Origin: a virus
Virus record (IMG/VR): IMGVR_UViG_3300040801_001133
Span: 1 to 64,000 of that record
Length of the DNA: 64,000 bases
Reading direction: 5' to 3' (one strand)
Made by a program: the position numbers and the translations under genes. The notes under the pieces are model-generated. The model had not been told where the DNA came from. It was given only the letters and a program-made list of their open reading frames with translations, and ran no database searches. This document shows, piece after piece, positions 9,115 to 17,581 of this stretch; the stretch's first letter is position 1; every line of letters begins with the position of its first letter.

Positions 9115-11351
9115 TGTTGAGCAAGCAGTTTTATTTAGTTGGAGAATTTACTAATTTATCTGTAAATGGCAATTTGTTTACCGCAGATTTTAATTCTAGA
9201 GTAGATCAATCAGGCAATTCTTATTCCGCTCTTCAAATAGAAGAGTCCAATAGATTGGTAGACATTAGTGGTAACATGTACACTATTGTTTCAGTTAATA
9301 GCGTATCTTTTGGGAGTGCCAATCTTACTTTTAAGTCACTAGGCGATCAAGTGAATCCTTCCGGTACACTAGTGCTGTTTTATTCTTCAAAAGGACAAGC
9401 AACTATTCCGTTACCTCCTAGCAACTCATCTGGCATTTCTACTGCCATGTTATCAAACATATCTACGCATAATGTACTAATGTCTAGCCTTTCTGGATTT
9501 GGAACCGGCAATGTAGTGGACACAGTAAAAAGTTATGGAATTGTTGCGGATGGGCAAACAGATAATGCAGAAGCCCTTTTAAAAATGAGGTCTGATTTAG
9601 CCGGTTCTGACGCTCATTACAATATCCTTCTGCCTCACGGAACTATTTTATCTTCTAATAACACTTGGTTGGCTGGAATTAAAAGTAAAACTGTTATAGG
9701 CAACAATACGGTCTTAAGAACTATTTATGATGGAGTTGATGAAGTTCAAGCCAGAGCCATTTTAGATACTGATCCGTTTTTTTCAAATTTACTTTCTTAC
9801 ACCGGCACAAAAATAGACAATTACACATATAGTTTTTTAGGAGCTAAGTCTGGAGAGAAAACTATAACTCTTAAAACTTTTTCTGACGCTTCTACACTCC
9901 AAGTAGGAGAAAGAATACTACTTTATAATTACGATCAAACAGGGACTAACTATCCTCCCGGAGCAAGAATATATGAGTGGCATGTAATTGAAAGCATTAA
10001 CGGAACTGAAATTGCTTTAGAAATGCCTTTAGCTTATGATTACGAAGACAGAATGTGGCCTTTGTCTTTTGGTAATTCGGGAAGTATGAAAGAAACCCCT
10101 GCTTTTGTTTCTCTAGACCAAGGAGAAACTCCCTATTCAAACTATTCTGAGTACAGTAACATCACTTTTGGAGACTCTATTAGAACTGATAAAAGTCCTG
10201 GTATCCCAGGCAATGTTCAGTTTACCGGTATGAAAGTACTAGTAGAAAATTGCCAAGGAGAAACTGGGTACTGGTGGCCTAGCATGGCAAAATTAAGTGT
10301 TTATAATAACTATAGAACAAAAGGTTCGATAGAAGTAGACCAAGTTTTAGGTCAGATAGTGACTAAAAATTCAGAGTTTGGAAAGGCTATGCTTGGACCC
10401 ACTGGAACTGAAAGTATGGAATTTTACAACTGTAAAATACATGGCTCTCTACAATGTAATCCGGCTCATCTGTCAATTAAAAATGTTCATTTGAGAGGTG
10501 ATGACCAGCCAGATGAATTTACTCCAACCATATCCTGCTCTCCTGCTGCTTGTCCAGTGGAAAGAATGGAACTAGAAAACATAACTTTTACTTCTTCTCT
10601 TTCAAATAAATCTGACTATCATATTTCTAATGGCATTTTACTAGACTATGTAGTTACTCATACAGACGGAGATACAGTAGTAATACCTTTCGTAAGCAGA
10701 CTAGACAATAATACAACTAAACTGCCTTACAAGTCTAAGCCAAGAGTTACTAGGATATGTAAAGAAGATGGGTCTGCTGGAGGAGTAATCAAAAATATTT
10801 ATTTTGACAAAGATTATAATTCTGGTCAAGGAGCGTATAGAATAGATTTACCATTTACACCACAAGTAAATGAGACACTTTTATGGTCTCCTATCACAGA
10901 AATCATAGACAGAGGAGGACACAAAGTAATGGACAACAAATATTTATTTGGACCCGATTCCATGCGTTGGTCGGGAAACTTGACCCCTTCGGGAAGTGTC
11001 CACACTACTACCATAGATGGTAGAAGTATTCGTAGAGAGTCAGGAGAATTACGTTGTGTTTGGCTAGGTGTGATTCTTTCTATTGAAGCCATTGTTACCA
11101 CTCCGACACCCACCACGTCTAAATTTGGCATGGCTGCTGACGATTATACCCACATACTAGAAATAAATTTAGAACATACCGGAAGAAGATATATTGATTT
11201 TAATGGAGCTGTAAACTTGCAACCAGGAGATCAGGCAGATGTTAGTTACATAGGGACATTTCAAAAAAATCTAAGAATGTTAAATTCTAATCTTCCCGAT
11301 TTAAATCAAGAATTAGGAATAATTTATAAAATTAAGTGGAAAGAGCTATAA
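9114..11351 (+). CDS. tailspike / putative polysaccharide depolymerase (pectate-lyase-3-like beta-helix)
   Basis: Has the shared N-terminal anchor module, followed by VKSYGIVADGQTDNAEALLKM, which resembles the hallmark start of Pectate_lyase_3-type tailspikes (V.DYGA.GDG.TDDT.A). Confidence 0.6.
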   Translation: MLSKQFYLVGEFTNLSVNGNLFTADFNSRVDQSGNSYSALQIEESNRLVDISGNMYTIVSVNSVSFGSANLTFKSLGDQVNPSGTLVLFYSSKGQATIPLPPSNSSGISTAMLSNISTHNVLMSSLSGFGTGNVVDTVKSYGIVADGQTDNAEALLKMRSDLAGSDAHYNILLPHGTILSSNNTWLAGIKSKTVIGNNTVLRTIYDGVDEVQARAILDTDPFFSNLLSYTGTKIDNYTYSFLGAKSGEKTITLKTFSDASTLQVGERILLYNYDQTGTNYPPGARIYEWHVIESINGTEIALEMPLAYDYEDRMWPLSFGNSGSMKETPAFVSLDQGETPYSNYSEYSNITFGDSIRTDKSPGIPGNVQFTGMKVLVENCQGETGYWWPSMAKLSVYNNYRTKGSIEVDQVLGQIVTKNSEFGKAMLGPTGTESMEFYNCKIHGSLQCNPAHLSIKNVHLRGDDQPDEFTPTISCSPAACPVERMELENITFTSSLSNKSDYHISNGILLDYVVTHTDGDTVVIPFVSRLDNNTTKLPYKSKPRVTRICKEDGSAGGVIKNIYFDKDYNSGQGAYRIDLPFTPQVNETLLWSPITEIIDRGGHKVMDNKYLFGPDSMRWSGNLTPSGSVHTTTIDGRSIRRESGELRCVWLGVILSIEAIVTTPTPTTSKFGMAADDYTHILEINLEHTGRRYIDFNGAVNLQPGDQADVSYIGTFQKNLRMLNSNLPDLNQELGIIYKIKWKEL

Positions 11352-11360
11352 AAATTGCTT

Positions 11361-11924
11361 ATGAAAAGATATATAAAAAAAGGCAAAAAGAAATATAAAC
11401 CTACTTTCAAGACTAATTTCTCTTTGAGATCTAAGTCAGTTGAAAAAGACTCTATTAAGTTAGAAGTCCCCCAAAGCGTTTGGTTTGATCCCGTTAAAAA
11501 TGGCGGGAAAAACTACTGGTTAAAAGCTGGCGGAAGAACTTATGGCCATCCTTTTAAATGGGGAGTAAACGGGCACAGTTTAAAAAATGACGAGTTTGCT
11601 ACTATGTTAGGATGGAGACCTAAAGAAAACTCTCCTGGAATTTTTGAAGCTGTATGTTATACGAATTATGAAGGTATATCTTATGCTGAAGACGATGACC
11701 ATAAAATATTAGAATTTTCTTGTTTAGAAGAAGGTGGATTTGTAAAACTAATTATAGAAACTACCGCAGATCAAGTAAAGTATTTACTAGAAACTAACAA
11801 GGGCAAAGAAGTAGTTATACATCCATTTGGAAAACTGAGGTTAACTTGGAATATTTCCCCTTGGCATGGCGGTGAAGTCGCGGCGACAAAAAACCATTAT
11901 ATTATTTCTTCTTTAACTAATTAA
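11361..11924 (+). CDS. hypothetical protein with a basic N-terminus
   Basis: The track start 11355 is TTG; the first ATG is at 11361 (MKRYIKKGKKKYK...). No motif recognised. Confidence 0.5.
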   Translation: MKRYIKKGKKKYKPTFKTNFSLRSKSVEKDSIKLEVPQSVWFDPVKNGGKNYWLKAGGRTYGHPFKWGVNGHSLKNDEFATMLGWRPKENSPGIFEAVCYTNYEGISYAEDDDHKILEFSCLEEGGFVKLIIETTADQVKYLLETNKGKEVVIHPFGKLRLTWNISPWHGGEVAATKNHYIISSLTN

Positions 11925-11928
11925 TTAT

Positions 11929-11946
11929 TAATTTTGCTTATATTTG
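11929..11946 (+). promoter_or_regulatory. two tandem TAnnTTTG elements (Bacteroidota -7 promoter consensus)
   Basis: TAATTTTG at 11929-11936 and TATATTTG at 11939-11946. They lie in a 65-nt intergenic gap, one of only two gaps of that size in the + block, 44-54 nt upstream of the ATG at 11990. Confidence 0.3.
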
Positions 11947-11989
11947 AGTATTATTGTAAGAGTTTTATTTTAATTTAAATTTAAGTGAT

Positions 11990-12415
11990 ATGGTTGAGCA
12001 GATTTCGCCTATACTAATAGCTTTAGCCGGGCTGTTAGGGGGAGGGGGCTTTATTGCTGTTTTATCTTGGTTAATAAGTTCTGAATACAGGAAAAAAAGA
12101 ATAAGCGAATGGACTAAGCAAGCAGCACAAGCCGATTTTGATACTTCAAAAATTAGGTTAGAGGGAGTAAAAAACGAGCAAGATCAGTTTGACTGGTTGT
12201 TAGAAAAGTTAAAAGATGTTAAAGTAAAGTATAGTGGGTCTCAGGCCAGTGTCTCAATATTAACGGATAGAATAGATAGACTGATAGCAGAAAACACAAT
12301 GAAAAATACCAGATTGATTTATAATCTGGAAGAAATTACGAAGTCTTGTACGTGCGATGCTAAAAATAAGTTTGATGAAGTAATACAAGAATTAAAGAAA
12401 GAAAATGATGCCTAA
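11990..12415 (+). CDS. N-terminally membrane-anchored coiled-coil protein (holin/spanin-like topology)
   Basis: One TM segment (ILIALAGLLGGGGFIAVLSWLI), then a basic stretch (YRKKR) and a ~100-aa heptad-like charged region. Confidence 0.5.
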   Translation: MVEQISPILIALAGLLGGGGFIAVLSWLISSEYRKKRISEWTKQAAQADFDTSKIRLEGVKNEQDQFDWLLEKLKDVKVKYSGSQASVSILTDRIDRLIAENTMKNTRLIYNLEEITKSCTCDAKNKFDEVIQELKKENDA

Positions 12416-12833
12416 TAGAAATAGACCTAATTTTGAAGCTGCGTTTAATATATTAGAAGATATATATAATAACCCAAGTCTTAACATACATTATCCAGAA
12501 TTTAATAGTTATTCAATATTTAACTGGAATGACCATGCCAAACTTCCTGTCCAAACAACTAAATATATGGATGGGGTGTACTCTTTAAGAGACTACATGG
12601 ACAGCAATAAGGCAACCAGAATGATAACTATATCCAAACCTGGGTGTTTTTCAAATCAGATACATGAAGATATGGATGAACATATCCATATATTAAGAGG
12701 TTCCATTACTGAGAGTATAACCGGAAAAACCCTATATAAAGGAGATCAGTATATTATTCCAGCAGGAACAAAACATGGATTTTACTGGGATAAACCCGGA
12801 GTCTTAATAGATTTAACCTATATAAAAAAGTAA
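12405..12833 (+). CDS. cupin-fold protein
   Basis: Both cupin motifs are readable: HEDMDEHIHILRGSITESITG (HxH...E...G) and GDQYIIPAGTKHGF (G-x5-PxG-x2-H). Confidence 0.6.
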   Translation: MMPNRNRPNFEAAFNILEDIYNNPSLNIHYPEFNSYSIFNWNDHAKLPVQTTKYMDGVYSLRDYMDSNKATRMITISKPGCFSNQIHEDMDEHIHILRGSITESITGKTLYKGDQYIIPAGTKHGFYWDKPGVLIDLTYIKK

Positions 12834-12837
12834 GAAT

Positions 12838-13254
12838 ATGCAAACAACAGTAAAAACAACAAGCGAACTAGGTATTGAGTCACTAAAAGCAGCCATTACT
12901 TACATGGCTAAACATGGTAAGAGTGCTTTTGAAATGGATACAGATGGAGATGGAGAAGTTTCTACTATGGAAATTTTCAGCTATAGTATGGCGTTAGTTC
13001 CTACTTTACCTGGTATTCTGCCTGTATTTAAAAGCTCGGGTTCTGAGCTTTTAGATGTTAGAGGAGTTGAATTTGATCAGCTTGTGGCTCACGTGCAAGC
13101 CACAGACTTCTTGCCTGATGAAAAAGATAGAGCAGAAAAGTATGTAAAATCACTATTCTTCTGGCTTAATATGAATCGCAAGTTTATTAGCTATTCATCA
13201 GACTTTTTCAAAGGGAAAGATGTCTCTTATAACCCTTTGGACGGATTAGTTTAA
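12838..13254 (+). CDS. small protein with a canonical EF-hand Ca-binding loop
   Basis: DTDGDGEVSTME at nt 12937-12972 fits the 12-residue EF-hand loop (D1, D3, D5, G6, hydrophobic 8, E12) and is flanked by helical-looking sequence. Confidence 0.55.
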   Translation: MQTTVKTTSELGIESLKAAITYMAKHGKSAFEMDTDGDGEVSTMEIFSYSMALVPTLPGILPVFKSSGSELLDVRGVEFDQLVAHVQATDFLPDEKDRAEKYVKSLFFWLNMNRKFISYSSDFFKGKDVSYNPLDGLV

Positions 13255-13273
13255 TAATCTTAAAATCAAGTAT

Positions 13274-13306
13274 AAAAGGAGTTACTGCTAGACGGTAACT
13301 CCTTTT
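13274..13306 (+). terminator. intrinsic terminator hairpin
   Basis: AAAAGGAGTTAC (13274-13285) pairs perfectly with GTAACTCCTTTT (13295-13306). That gives a 12-bp stem, a 9-nt loop and a 3' T-run. It sits in the 68-nt gap after the EF-hand gene. Confidence 0.6.
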
Positions 13307-13322
13307 GTCATAATAGTAGATA

Positions 13323-14657
13323 ATGAATAAAGAATTAATAGACTACTTACAGTCTAATCAAGGCAAACTAAATGAACACACCTGGACTTCTTTGGGGGAA
13401 GAGTTCGGAGTACAATCACCAGATTTAGATAGAGCAGAGCAAGATGAGGAGTACCGTAAAAAATCTATAGGAAGAAAGGCTCAATCTATTTGGGTTAACT
13501 ATCTAAAACAGAAGGATAATTTACAACTTACTAAAGAAGTATATAAAGATGGTCAACTACAATCTGAAGTATTTCAGAAAGGTGGCCCCCAAATTGATGT
13601 TGATTATTCCCAGTACGATATTGAAAAATTCAGTGTTTGTTCTAATGGCTTAACCTGGTTAAAGGGTAAGAAGAAAGATAGTCTATACGAGGAAAATCAT
13701 TTAGAATCTCTTAGAAAAATACTGAGAGAAGAGGTTATTCCTTTTGATTTAGATGAAACCAAGAAGCTTTCTTTAGCGGGCAATAAAAGTCTTATGATTT
13801 ATGGATCAGATAAGCACATAGGTGCTCTAACTAAAGAATCTTCAATTTACACTAATAAATATGACTATGATGTAATGAAAAATAGATTAGTAGATCAGAT
13901 AGTAAAAGAAGTAGTTATGGCAACTATCTACAATGGTCCCTTTCAAAGTATTTATATAATGGACTTAGGTGATGCCCTGGATGGGTTTAACCAAAAAACT
14001 ACAGGGGGCCTTAGAGAAACTAGTAGCCACACTTTACCACAACAATACAATAATAGGGAACAGCATGATATTTATGTTGACTTGCATAAGAAGTTAGTAG
14101 ATAGATTAAGAAAAATTGAGTTGAATGGACATTACTTGGCAGAAAATTTCTATTTTATTGCTACATCAAATTCTAATCACGGGGGGGATTTTGAATATGG
14201 GGCTATGAGAACACTAGAGGAGTATATCAAAGCCAAGTATACTGATATGAAAACTCACATTAATACTAATCCATTAAATCATTTCTTTATAGAAGACCAC
14301 TGCATAATTTTTGGTCATGGTAAAGATGATGAGGATATGAAACATGGCATGCCCTTAAATCTAACCGATAAAGTAGAGAACTACATTAATGATTACATAC
14401 AAGTTAATAAACTAGGAGATTATATCATAACTTTTGTTACTGGTGACCTACATCAATCTTCTAAGAACTATGGCAAAAACTTCAGGTATCGTAAAGTATT
14501 ATCACAGTACGGAGGCTCAAAGTGGGTGCATAGTAATTATGGTTCGTCTACTGCTGGTATTAGTATGGAAATCATTACACCCAAATCTCCTAATATAATT
14601 GAGATGGATATATTCTTTGAGAACTCTAATAACTCTAATACAGGTATATTGTTATAA
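13323..14657 (+). CDS. calcineurin-like metallophosphoesterase with an N-terminal extension
   Basis: Ordered motifs: GSDKHIG (DxH), MDLGDALDG (GDxxD), SNSNHGG (GNH-like), FGHGKDD, VTGDLHQ. Confidence 0.55.
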   Translation: MNKELIDYLQSNQGKLNEHTWTSLGEEFGVQSPDLDRAEQDEEYRKKSIGRKAQSIWVNYLKQKDNLQLTKEVYKDGQLQSEVFQKGGPQIDVDYSQYDIEKFSVCSNGLTWLKGKKKDSLYEENHLESLRKILREEVIPFDLDETKKLSLAGNKSLMIYGSDKHIGALTKESSIYTNKYDYDVMKNRLVDQIVKEVVMATIYNGPFQSIYIMDLGDALDGFNQKTTGGLRETSSHTLPQQYNNREQHDIYVDLHKKLVDRLRKIELNGHYLAENFYFIATSNSNHGGDFEYGAMRTLEEYIKAKYTDMKTHINTNPLNHFFIEDHCIIFGHGKDDEDMKHGMPLNLTDKVENYINDYIQVNKLGDYIITFVTGDLHQSSKNYGKNFRYRKVLSQYGGSKWVHSNYGSSTAGISMEIITPKSPNIIEMDIFFENSNNSNTGILL

Positions 14658-14673
14658 TACCTTATATTTGTAA

Positions 14674-15387
14674 ATGATTGTTATAAAAAAAGAAATAGAA
14701 GACTACTTTTCTGGCTTACATTTTGATGAGTCCAGCCATACCTATTCCTTAGAAGAGAATAAGTTAAAAATATCGGTATCTGGCATAGTCAAAAAATTTG
14801 TCAGAAAAGTAGACTTTTTTAGTATAGCAAAAAGAAAAGACCAGTCTCAGGGGCTTCCTGAAGGAACAACCAGAAAGCTTTGGAAAACTAATAATGAGCT
14901 GGCTTGTGCAGAAGGTAACAAGGCTCATTACTTTGCAGAGGTACATGCCTTAAATAGAGATGTTAAACCAACTGATTCTCTAGAAAATGCAGTAGCTAAA
15001 TTCTGGAATACTCTACCAGATCATTTAGAAGTCATGTTTGTAGAGTTAACCATGTACCACAAAAAGTATATGTTTGGCGGTATGGCAGATGTAATACTTT
15101 ATAATAAGAAAACAGGCAAGTTTATTATAGTAGATTATAAAAGCAATAAAAAATTATTTGATAATTATAAAGGTAAAACTTTAAAAATACCATTTAAAGA
15201 TTTACTAGAAACTAATTTTAATAAATATCAACTACAATTTAGTCTATATCAAATACTATTTGAGCAAACTGGTTATAAGGTGGAAAGGAGATTACTAGTG
15301 TGGATTAAAAGAGATGGAACATTTGAGATGTATGACACAGAAGACTATACAGAACGTCTCAAGAAATATCTATCAAAAAGATTATAA
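14674..15387 (+). CDS. PD-(D/E)XK nuclease (RecB/Cas4-like fold, no Cys cluster)
   Basis: GGMADVILY ... FIIVDYKSNKK (D ... D-x-K) followed by YQLQFSLYQ (QxxxY motif). Confidence 0.6.
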   Translation: MIVIKKEIEDYFSGLHFDESSHTYSLEENKLKISVSGIVKKFVRKVDFFSIAKRKDQSQGLPEGTTRKLWKTNNELACAEGNKAHYFAEVHALNRDVKPTDSLENAVAKFWNTLPDHLEVMFVELTMYHKKYMFGGMADVILYNKKTGKFIIVDYKSNKKLFDNYKGKTLKIPFKDLLETNFNKYQLQFSLYQILFEQTGYKVERRLLVWIKRDGTFEMYDTEDYTERLKKYLSKRL

Positions 15388-15390
15388 AAT

Positions 15391-16107
15391 ATGAGATTAG
15401 GAAATATAATAGATAGAATACAAGAGGGATTTTATAGTAAAGGAGTTAAATCAGATGATTCTAGGTTATCTAGTCGACTAATTTATAGTAAAATACTCTC
15501 AGCAAGAGCTAAGTTACTAGAGCAAACCAGCAATAAAAAACAATTTATAAGTCAGAATATGATGCAGACTTTAAGTTGTATAGAATTAATTGAGGCTGAA
15601 AAACATGAGTGCCCTTGTGCTCCTCCTAGAGGATGTAAAATCCTCAGAACTAGTATACCTCTTCCTAGCCCATTAGCTAGTCTTAATGGACATATGATTC
15701 AATCAGTTACTTCAATAACAGGAGAAATAGTATATCCAGAAACTACCTGGGAAACTATAAAGTATCAAAAAGGAAATAAATATACAGCTAATAAACCAAG
15801 CTATTTTATTAGATCAGGTTATTTATATATAACTCATAAAAAAGGCCCAAGAATAATTACAATTACAGCAGCCTTTAATGATCCTATTGAAGCTATGGAA
15901 TTTGGTTCTTACTGTGAAGAATGTAATGAATGTGGTGATAAAATAGATAATTGCTTAAGTTATATGGACTTAGATTTTCCTCTTCAACAGTCTGTTTCTG
16001 ATACTATTGTTACTATTTGCATAAACGAGTTAGTCGCTATATTCCTCCAGTCTCAAGAAGATGTAACTAATAATTCAAGGGATTCAAGAGTAGAACAAAC
16101 TAAATAA
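15391..16107 (+). CDS. hypothetical Cys-rich structural-module protein
   Basis: 238-aa ORF. Contains ECPCAPPRGC and YCEECNECGDKIDNC clusters. Confidence 0.5.
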   Translation: MRLGNIIDRIQEGFYSKGVKSDDSRLSSRLIYSKILSARAKLLEQTSNKKQFISQNMMQTLSCIELIEAEKHECPCAPPRGCKILRTSIPLPSPLASLNGHMIQSVTSITGEIVYPETTWETIKYQKGNKYTANKPSYFIRSGYLYITHKKGPRIITITAAFNDPIEAMEFGSYCEECNECGDKIDNCLSYMDLDFPLQQSVSDTIVTICINELVAIFLQSQEDVTNNSRDSRVEQTK

Positions 16108-16571
16108 TGAAGAATTTAAGAGATTCATATAAATACTATTTAAGCCAAGTAAGTGAAGAAAAGGTGGATATTAAAACCTATTTAAAGGTTACTCATCTAT
16201 TTATGAAATATATAATTAAGAAAGTTATAGAAGGTAACAGGGTTTGTTTACCACAAAACTTGGGAAGCATATTAATTGTTGGTAAAAAGATTAAAGTTAA
16301 TTTTGATAAAGAGGGTAAAATTACTGGATTAAGTCCTGATTGGAAAAGAACTAACGAGCTTTGGGAAAGAGATGAAAAGTCTAGAAAAGAAAAGAAAATA
16401 GTGTACCATTTAAACGAACACTCTGATGGGATTAGGTATAGGTTTGTTTGGAGAAAAAGGGGGGCATTTTTTAAAAATGGAGAGTTTTATTCACTACTAA
16501 TGACAAGACATAACAAAAGGGCAGTTAGCAAATTTATAAAAGATGGTGGCAGCTTTATAACATACGACTGA
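16107..16571 (+). CDS. possible HU/IHF-like DNA-binding protein
   Basis: KKVIEGNRVCLPQNLGSILIVGKKIKVNFDKEGKITG loosely follows the HU/IHF pattern (..G..V.L.GFG.F.V..R....NP.TGE). IHF-like genes are known in crAss-like structural modules. The match is weak. Confidence 0.3.
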   Translation: MKNLRDSYKYYLSQVSEEKVDIKTYLKVTHLFMKYIIKKVIEGNRVCLPQNLGSILIVGKKIKVNFDKEGKITGLSPDWKRTNELWERDEKSRKEKKIVYHLNEHSDGIRYRFVWRKRGAFFKNGEFYSLLMTRHNKRAVSKFIKDGGSFITYD

Positions 16572-17581
16572 TGATAGAAAAATATACTACAATAGATACA
16601 ATTTTAGCTAAATTATCCAGGGACACTGGAAGAGCCTCTATAAATGAATCTGATACAATAGAATGGATAGGAGAGGCCCTCTCTTTTCTAAGTGTTTACC
16701 CTTCTGAAGAACAGGCTATAGCTTTTTTAGAAGTTAAGAATTATGAAGCCCCGCTACCCTTAAATTTACAAACTATACTACAGGTAGCTAGAAATAATCA
16801 CTGGTCTCCTCAGGATAATAATAATCCGTGTGGCTGCCCCCAAAAAGTGGAAGAATATCTTTTAGATGAGGATTGTGAAGATTGTTCGATAATGGTAACA
16901 GATTGTGGAGGGAGCCTTCTTTGTGAGGATTCTAAAATAATTAATAAGCCGTATTTTGACCTTCAATATGGATATTCAAAATGGGTAACTAATCCTTTAT
17001 ACAAACAGGTTTTTACACCAGTTAGACTAGCCAACAACAGCTTTTTTAATACTATTGTATCTAAAGAGAAATCTTTGCCTTACGCAGAAGATAATGGCAT
17101 AGATGAGTACACCATAGTTGGTACTTATGAAAAGATTCTAAGATTTTCTTTTAAAGAAGGTCAGGTTGTAGTCCCTTATACTCGTACAGCTTTGGACAGT
17201 GATACTGGTTATCCCCTTGTTCCTGATAATATCTCTTTAATTACTGCTGTAGTTTATTACGTAAAGTGGAAGATGGCAGAAGTGCTAGAATATAGCGGCA
17301 GAGCAGGTGCTACACAGTTAGCAGAGAAATCAGAACAGAGATGGCTTAAGTATGTTAAGCAAGCTAAGAATAGTTTAAGTATGCCTCAAGGAATTGATAA
17401 ATATCAAAACATGCTTGAGTCTAGTCATCAAATGATACCCAATCATAAAAGATATTATAATTTTTTTGGTAACTTAGGAAGGCCCGATTCAAGAAAATAT
17501 GCTGACCCAGATGGTAGAAATAATAATATACAATATTCTTACAGGGGGGGTAATGTAATAAATCAAGGAAGACATGAATAA
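16571..17581 (+). CDS. hypothetical structural-module protein
   Basis: 336-aa ORF with ATGA-type coupling at both ends. Contains Cys cluster PCGCP...DEDCEDC...DCGGSLLC and a G7 tract at 17544-17550. Confidence 0.5.
   Translation: MIEKYTTIDTILAKLSRDTGRASINESDTIEWIGEALSFLSVYPSEEQAIAFLEVKNYEAPLPLNLQTILQVARNNHWSPQDNNNPCGCPQKVEEYLLDEDCEDCSIMVTDCGGSLLCEDSKIINKPYFDLQYGYSKWVTNPLYKQVFTPVRLANNSFFNTIVSKEKSLPYAEDNGIDEYTIVGTYEKILRFSFKEGQVVVPYTRTALDSDTGYPLVPDNISLITAVVYYVKWKMAEVLEYSGRAGATQLAEKSEQRWLKYVKQAKNSLSMPQGIDKYQNMLESSHQMIPNHKRYYNFFGNLGRPDSRKYADPDGRNNNIQYSYRGGNVINQGRHE

Noticed and set aside
14663-14670. TATATTTG (TAnnTTTG) 3 nt upstream of the ATG at 14674 as a promoter for a leaderless transcript
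   Set aside because: An 8-mer of this composition is expected by chance in such AT-rich DNA. The gap is only 16 nt, and the gene is more simply read as part of the unit starting after the 13274-13306 terminator.
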